DNA of 64,000 nt from Eledone cirrhosa (Eukaryota), in assembly GCA_964016885.1 (NCBI GenBank), contig OZ024740.1, forward strand, positions 254,386,001 through 254,450,000. Direction: 5' to 3'. A program made the position numbers and the translations under genes. Below, one piece after another: positions 55,601 through 64,000 of the stretch. The first letter of the stretch is position 1; every line of letters begins with the position of its first letter. The notes under the pieces were generated by a model, which was not told the origin of the DNA, ran no database searches, and saw only the letters and a program-made list of their open reading frames with translations.

Positions 55601-58600
55601 TAAGACTATAAGTTCCACCACACAATTCAGTCATAATAACAAGACTATAAGTTCCACCACACAATTCAGCCATAATAACAAGAATATAAGCTCGATCAAA
55701 CAGTTCAGTCATAATTGCAAGACTATAAGGTCGATCACACAGTTCAGCCATAATTGCAAGACTATAATGTCAACAACTGAGTTCAGCCATAATTGCAAGT
55801 CTATCAGGTCGACCATATAGTTCAGCCATAAAAACAAGACTATAAGGTCGACCACACAGATCAGTCATAATAACAAGTCTATACGGTCGACCACACAGTT
55901 CAGCCATAATAACAAAACCCCATAATTCAGTCATAATAACAAGACAATAAGGTCGAACACACAGTTCAGTCATAATAACAAGACCCCACAATTCAGTCAT
56001 AATAACAAGTCTATACGGTCGACCACACAGTTCAGCCATAATAACAAAACCCCATAATTCAGTCATAATAACAAGACAATAAGGTCGACCACAAATTTCA
56101 GTCACAATTGCAAGACTATACGGTCGACCACACAATTCCTTCATAATAACAAGACTATAAGGTCAACCACACAGTTCAGCCATAATAACAAGACTATATG
56201 GTCGACCACACATTTCAGTCACAATTGCAAGACTATAAGGTCAACAACACAATTCAGCCATAATAACAAGACTATAAGGTCGACCACACAATTCAGTCAT
56301 ATTAACAAGACTATAAGGCCGACGAGACAGTTCTGCCATAATAACAAGACTATAAGGTCGACCACACAGTTCAGTCATAATTGCAAGACTATAAGGTCGA
56401 CCACATAGTCCAGCCATAAAAACAAGACTATAAGGTCGACCACACAGTTCAGCAATAATAACAAGACTATAAGATCCACCACACAGTTCAGCCATAATAA
56501 CAAGACTATAAGGTCGACCACACAATTTAGTCATAATTACAAGACTATAACGTCGACCACAAAATTCAGTCATAATAACAAGTCTATAAGTTCGACCACA
56601 CAATTCAGTCATAATAAGAAACTATAAGGTCGACCACACACTTCAGTTATAGTTGAAAGATTATAAGGTCGACCACACAGTTTAGTCATAATAACAAAAC
56701 CCAACAATTCAGTCATTATAACAAGACTATGAGCTCGACCACATAGGTGTGTCATAATTGCAAGACTATAAGGTCGACCACACAGTTCAGTCATAAAACA
56801 AAGCTACAAGGTTGACCACACAATTCAGTCATAAAAACAAGACTATAAGGTCGAACACGCAGTTCAATCATAATAACAGGACTATAAGGTCGACTACACA
56901 GTTCAGCCATAATAACAAGATTATAAGGTCGACCACACAATTCAGCCTTAATAAGACTATAAGGTAGACCACACATTTCCGTCATAATAATAAGTCTATA
57001 AGGTCGACCATACCGTTCAGTCATATTAACAAGACTATAAGGTCGACCACAACATTCAGTCATAATAACAAGACTATAAGTCGACCACACAGTTCAGTCA
57101 TAATATCAAGACTATAAGGTAGACTACACAGTTCAGCTATAATAACAAGACTATAAGGTCGACCACACAATTCAGCCATAATAACAAGACTATAAGGTCG
57201 ACCACACACTTCCGTCATAATAACAACACTATAAGGTCGACCACATAATACAGTCATAATAACAAGTGTATAAGGTCGACTACACAATTCAGCTATAATA
57301 ATAAGACTATAATGTCCACCACACCGTTCAGTCATGTTAAAAGGACTATAAGGTCGACCACACAATTCAGTCATAATAACAAATTTATAAGACCGACCAG
57401 ACAGTTCAGCCATAATAACAAGACTATGAGGTCGACCAGACAGTTCAGCCATAATAACAAGTCATTAAGGTCGACCACACAGTTCAGTCATAATTGCCAA
57501 ACTATAAGGTCGCCCACAGTTCAGTCATAATAACAAGACTCTAAGGTCGACCACACAGTTCAGCCATAATTGCAAGACTATAAGGTCGACCACACAGTTC
57601 AGCCATAAAAACAAGACTATGAGGTCCACCACACAGTTCAGCAATAATAACACGACTATAAGGTCGACCACACAGTTCAGTCATAATAACAAGACTATAA
57701 GGTCGACCACACAGTTCAGCCATGAAAACAAGACTATAAGGTGGACCATAGGGTTCAGTAATAATAACAAGACTATAAGATCGACCAGACAGTTCTGTCA
57801 TAATTGCAAGTCTATAAGGTCGACCACACATTTCAGCCATAATAGCAAGACCACAGAGTTCAGTCATAATAAGTCCATGAGGTGACAATAAGCCTATGAG
57901 GTCATAAAAACAAGACTATAAGGTCGACTACACAATTCAGTCATTATAAGTCTATGAGGTCATAATAAGTCTATGAGGTGATAATAAGAAGACTATAAGG
58001 CCGACTACACAATTCAATCATAATAACAAGACTAGAAGATCGAGCACACAGTTCAGTCATAAAAACAAACTATAAGTTCGACCACACAGTTCAGTCGACC
58101 ACACAGTTCAACCATAATAATAATACTATAAGTTCGACCACACAGTTCAGCCATAATAACAAGACTATTAGCTCGACCACACAGTTCTCCCATAATTACA
58201 AGGCTATAAGGTCAACCACACAGTTCCGTCATAATTGCAAGACTATAAGGTCGACCACACAATTTAATGATAATAACAAGACTATTAGGTTGACCACACA
58301 GTTCAGTCATAATAACAAGACAATAAGTTCGATCCATACAGTTCAGCCATAAAAACAAGACTATAAGGTGGACCATAGGGTTCAGTAATAATAACAAGAC
58401 TATAAGATCGACCGGACAGTTCGGTCATAATTGCAAGTCTATAAGGTCGATCACACAGTTCAGTCATAATTGCAAGACTATAAGGTCGACCACACAGTTC
58501 TCCCATAATTGCAAGTCTATAAGGTCGACAACACAATTCAGTCTTAATAACAAGTCTATAAGGTTGATCACACAGACCAATCATAATAACAAGACTATAA

Positions 58601-61524
58601 TGTCGACCACACGGTTCAGTCATAATAATAAGTCTATAAGGTGGACCATACAGTTTAGTAATAATACCACACTATAAGGTCGACCACACAGTTCAGTCAT
58701 AATAACAAGTCTATAAGGTCGATCACTCAGTTCTGTCATAATTGCAAGACTATAAGGTGGACCACACAGTTCAGTCATAATAGCAAGACTATAAGGTCGA
58801 CTAAATAATTCAGTCATAATAACACGTCTATAAGGTCGACCACACAGTTCAACCATAATAATAATACTATAAGGTCGACCACACAGTTCTGTTATAATTG
58901 CAAGTCTATAAGATCGATCACACAGTTCAGACATAATTGCAAGACTGTAAGGTCGACCACACATTTCAACCATAATCACAAGACTATAAGGTCGAACACA
59001 GTTCAGCCTTAATAACAAGACTATAAGGTCGATCACGCACTTCAGCCACAATAACAAGCGTATAAGGCCGACCACACAATTCAGTTATTAAAAGACTATA
59101 AGGTCGACCACATACTTCAGCCCGAATAACAAGACTATAGGGTCGACCACACCGTTCAGTCATAATAACAAGTCTATAAGGTCGATCACACATTTCAGTC
59201 ATAATAACAAGACTATAAGATCGACCATACAGATCAGCCATAATAACAAGTCTATAAGGTGGACCACACATTTCAACCATAATAACAAGACTATAAGGTC
59301 CACCACACGGTTCAGTCATAATAACAAGTCTATAAGGTCGACCACACATTTCAGCCATAATAGCAAGACCACACAGTTCAGTCATAATAAGTCTATGAGG
59401 TGACAATAACTCTAGGAGGTCATAAAACAAGACTATAATGCCGACTACACAATTCAGTCATAATAACAAGTCTATAAGGTCGACCACACAGTTCAGGCAT
59501 AATAACAAGACTATGAGGTCGACCACACAGTTTAGCCATAATAACAAGTCTATAAGGTCGGCCACACAATTCAGCCATTAATAACAAGACTATAAGCTCG
59601 TCCACACAGTTCAGTCATAATAGGTCTATGAGGTCGCCCACACAGTTCAGTCATAATAAGTCTATAAGGTCGCCCACACAGTTCAGACACAATAACAAGC
59701 CTATAAGGTCGACCTCACAGTTCAGTCATTTAGAGACTATAAGTTCGACCACACACTTCAGCTATAATAACAAGACTATGAGGTCATAATAAAAAGAATA
59801 TAAGGTCGACTACACAATTCAGTCATAATAATTCTATGAGGTCTTAATAAGTCTATGAGGTTATAATAACAAGACTATAAGGTCGACCACACAGTTTAGC
59901 CATAATAACAAATCTGTAAGTTCGACCACACAATTCAGCCATTAATAACAAGACTATAAGCTGGACCACACTGTTCAGTCATAATAAGTCTATGAGGTCG
60001 ACCACACAGTTCAGTAATAACAAGCCTATAAGGCCGAACACACAGTTCAGTTATTAAAAGACTATAAGTTCGACCACATAATTCAGCCATTAATAACAAG
60101 ACTATAAGACTACAAGATCACCCAGTTCAGTCATAATTGCAAGACTATAAGCTGGACCACACAGTTCAGTCATAATAGCAAGGTCGACTAAACGATTAGG
60201 TCGACTAAACAATTCAGTCATAATAACACGTCTATAAGATCGACCACAGAGTTCAGCCATAATAACACGTCTATAAGGTCGACCACACAGTTCAACCATA
60301 ATAATAATACTATAAGGTCGACCACACAGTTCTGTTATAATTGCAAGTCTATAAGGTCGATCACACAGTTCAGACATAATTGCAAGACTGTAAGGTCGAC
60401 CACACATTTCAACCATAATAATAAGACTATAAGGTCGAACACAGTTCAGCCTTAATAACAAGACTATAAGGTCGACCACACACTTCAGCCACAATAACAA
60501 GCGTATAAGGCCGACCACAAAATTCAGTTATTAAAAGACTATAAGGTGAGACCACACAGTTCAGTCATAATAACAAGTCTACAAGGTCGACCACACAGTT
60601 CAGTCATAATAACAAGACTATAAGCTCGAGCATACAGATCAGCCATAATAACAAGTCTATAAGGTCAACCACACAGTTCAGCCATAATTGCAAGACTATA
60701 AGATGGGCCACACAGTTCAGTCATAATAACAAGTCTATAAGGTCGACCAGACAGTTCTGTCATAATTGCAAGACTATAAGGTGGGCCACACAGTTCAGTC
60801 ATAATAACAAGTCTATAAGGTCGACCACACATTTCAGCCATAATAGAAAGACCACAGAGTTCAGTCATAATAAGTCTATGAGGTGACAATAAGCCTATGA
60901 GGTCATAAAAGCAAGACTATAAGGTCGACTACACAATTCATTCATTATAAGTCTATGAGGTCATAATAAGTCTATGAGGTGATAATAAGACGACTATAAG
61001 GCCGACTACACAATTCAGTTATAATAACAAGACTCTGAGGTCGACCACACTGTTCAGCCATAATAACAAGTCTATAAGATCGACCACACAATTCAATCAT
61101 AATAACAAGTCTATAAGGTCGACCACACAGGTCAATCATAATAACAAGACTATAAGATCGACCACACACTTCAGCCATAATAACAAGACTATAAGGTCGA
61201 CCACACAATTTAGTCATAATAACAAGACTCTAAGGTCGACCACACAGTTCAGCAATAATAAAAAGACTATAAGGTCGACCACACAGTTCAGTCATAACAA
61301 TAAGACTCTAAGGTCGACCACACAGTTAGGCCATAATTGCAAGACTATAAGGTCGACCACACAGTTCAGCCACCATAACAAATCTATAAGGTCGACCACA
61401 CAGTTCAGTCATAATGACAAGACTATAAGGTCGATCACACAATTCAATCATAATAACAAGACTATAACGTCTTACTCACAGTTCAGTCATAATAACAAGA
61501 CTATAAGATCGACCACACAGTTAA
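40563..61524. repeat. ~21-kb satellite, 39-bp unit CATAATAACAAGACTATAAGGTCGACCACACAGTTCAGT, roughly 540 diverged copies
   Basis: Continuous tandem array with a GTCGAC (SalI) core and 13-aa periodic pseudo-ORFs (MTELCGRPYSLVI)n. Copy number is estimated as length/39. Confidence 0.98.
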
Positions 61525-62800
61525 GTGCTGCCGCATGCCTTTGCTTATCTTGAGAAAATCTCATCTCCCTTCTCTCTTGATACTCCATCTGATGTGCTAC
61601 AGCATGCTTTTGCTGATCTTAAGATAGTCTCATCTCCCTTCTCTCTTGAGACTCGCCTTAAGTTTTCTATAATCCTCATAATTTTCTATAATCCTCATAA
61701 TTTTCTATAATCCTTACACGTGTTTCTTGAGAGATTATCTTTTCTTTGTTGGCATATTTTTTCAATATTGTAAACAAATAATTATCAACATACAAAAAAA
61801 TATACATTAATCTATATTTTTGTAAGCAGCTGTATGTATATAGCATGTTGCTAGGTAAATTAACCAAATAACTGTTTCTACTTTTGGCACAACGGCAGCA
61901 ATTATACCAGTGCATTACTGGTACTTTATTTTATCGACCCCGTAAGGATAAAAGGCAAAGTTAACCTCGGCGGGATTTGAACTCAACCAAATAATAAATG
62001 TATGTTACAAATTTCGTAATATAGATATATTAAGCACATGTATTAAATGCTAATTTACGGATAAATGTGTAATTGTAAATACCTTGTAACTGCTGCAATA
62101 ATTATTACATACATAGCTTTCTGTGGCATATTTTTTCAGTATTGTATATACGTATCAAGATCCAAAAGAAATATACATCAATCTCTATTTTTGTATCCAG
62201 TGTAAATTAACCAAATATAAGTGTTTCATTTCGTTATGTCAGTCAACAAAGATATACTAACACAGACACACACAGACATGCTATGCAAACATACACATAG
62301 CGTTTCACCTCATTTTTTTTGTCAAGAGTTTCACCGCCAGCGGTTCGTTATGTCAATCAACACACATACACTCACACATACACTCACATACATATACTAA
62401 GACACACACCCACAGACATACATTCACGCAAACACACGCATAGCTTTTCACCTCATTTTTTTGTTAGTCCTCACATATGTTATGTATGTGTAGATGTGTG
62501 TGTTTAATTCTCTGTGTATCTGATTAAATATTTACGTGAAGATGTATGTGTATGTAATGTACATAACGAACGCGCCAACGAAGACACACTCTCACAGACA
62601 CATACACATTCATATATAAAATGTGATGTCGTCGTGTTGTTTACTTAGTTCTCTATAGTAGGTTTAGATAAAGTGTTATATTGTTTTAATCCAAATGAAA
62701 ATAAACAAACGAACCCGATTGTTTACAAACGAATCGAACATTATTATTAATGTTCGATATAACCCATACGTACATATGTATATGTACATATGTGTGTGTG

Positions 62801-62854
<54 letters not shown>

Positions 62855-63320
62855 TGTGCAAGCGTGTACGTATGCATACTTACTTCTATATATATATATA
62901 TATATATATATACTTATTCTCCCACCAAAGAGTTGGTTTATATACATAAACAAACATATATAGGCACAAACACAGTGGCGGAGAGGGGGAGAAAGAAATA
63001 GAAAGTAATAGAAAGGCAAATTGAGATGTGTGTGAAAGAGAGAGAAACACAGAAGGAGAGTGATTAAGAGGCTGTATGTTTGCTTAAACAACAGAAAGAG
63101 AATTCGAGTCAAAGGGGAGAGAATTACACGATTGGCTGTATATTATGACATTGACATGCACACGTGCACACAAACCTACTCATACACACACAAATAATTG
63201 TCGTCTGCTGGAATGATATACGAATAGAACAAATACAGAAAGAAAAAAAAGGGAAATTTTTTTTAATGAGAAAAGATATGTAAAGTCACAAATTATATAT
63301 TGCCAGCCACATCCTTAGGG

Positions 63321-63406
<86 letters not shown>

Positions 63407-64000
63407 CATATATTTGAGGTCGTGCACACACATACATATAGATGTATGTGTGTGTACATACACACACAGATGCGCCAGCGTGTTGAAAAAATCCTAATCT
63501 CTTCATCTATCTCTTTCACTCTCTCTCTCTATATATATCTGTCACATAATCACTCTATCTATCTGTATCTCCCTCATCACACACTCTCTCTTTCTATATA
63601 TATGGTAGTTGAAATGGTGGTAGTGTAGAAATTTGAAACTTTGAAAAGAAGTCAATTTTAAATAAGCAATAAAATTATTTATATTTAATTAAGAGTTACG
63701 AAATTTAGTACATAAAATATGTAATACTCATTCATTACTTATTCAAAGTAATCCAACTTATTTTACCAACTGGATTAAAAGAAATAAACCGTACGCTGTC
63801 CCGCACTCCTCCCTTTATTATAGTATAGATTTCATTGAAATGGTTTTCATTATTATGCACTGTATTAATATTGATATCGTAATTTTCTGAAGTCACGCTG
63901 TTGTTAAATGAATTTGTGTCGTTTACTTCCATGGCGAAAAAATATGGATGACAAAGAAGAGTAAGATGAAATAAGAAAGGTTTGGAAAGGAAAGAATATA

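Noticed and set aside
40563-61524. (MTELCGRPYSLVI)n minus-strand ORFs as a repetitive Cys-containing protein
   Set aside because: The open frame follows from a 39-bp unit lacking stops in one frame. ORFs are broken constantly by indels and stops, with no splice or start context.
40563-61524. CRISPR-like array
   Set aside because: Units are head-to-tail with no unique spacers, the context is eukaryotic, and there are no cas genes.
63735-63932. 65-aa Asn-rich minus-strand ORF
   Set aside because: It is short, has no recognisable motif, and lies at the window edge.

Overview
AT-rich, microsatellite-laden metazoan genomic DNA. The SINE/RTE/Tx1 repeat families and (TA)n load suggest an octopus-like cephalopod, which is an inference from repeat recognition. 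The only host gene is the 3' part of CHAF1B (CAF-1 p60): six spliced + strand exons at 5827-15289, with its 5' exons upstream of the window. Everything else is repeat-derived: Helitrons (one apparently carrying a 472-bp and a 27-bp tandem array inside a CHAF1B intron), decayed RTE and L1/Tx1 LINEs, tRNA-derived SINEs, a deleted LTR element, several Penelope-like (PLE) remnants with type I hammerhead ribozyme motifs and foldbacks, and a ~21-kb satellite with a 39-bp unit (40563-61524). Three observations stand out. (1) The 39-bp satellite appears to have expanded from a single monomer inside a hammerhead-bearing element; the unexpanded form survives at 7572-8018. (2) One PLE family carries a non-canonical CAGA(A/G)GA hammerhead core in all four copies. 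(3) Both satellite arrays in the window appear to have been born inside transposons. All structures were read by eye and no searches were run.
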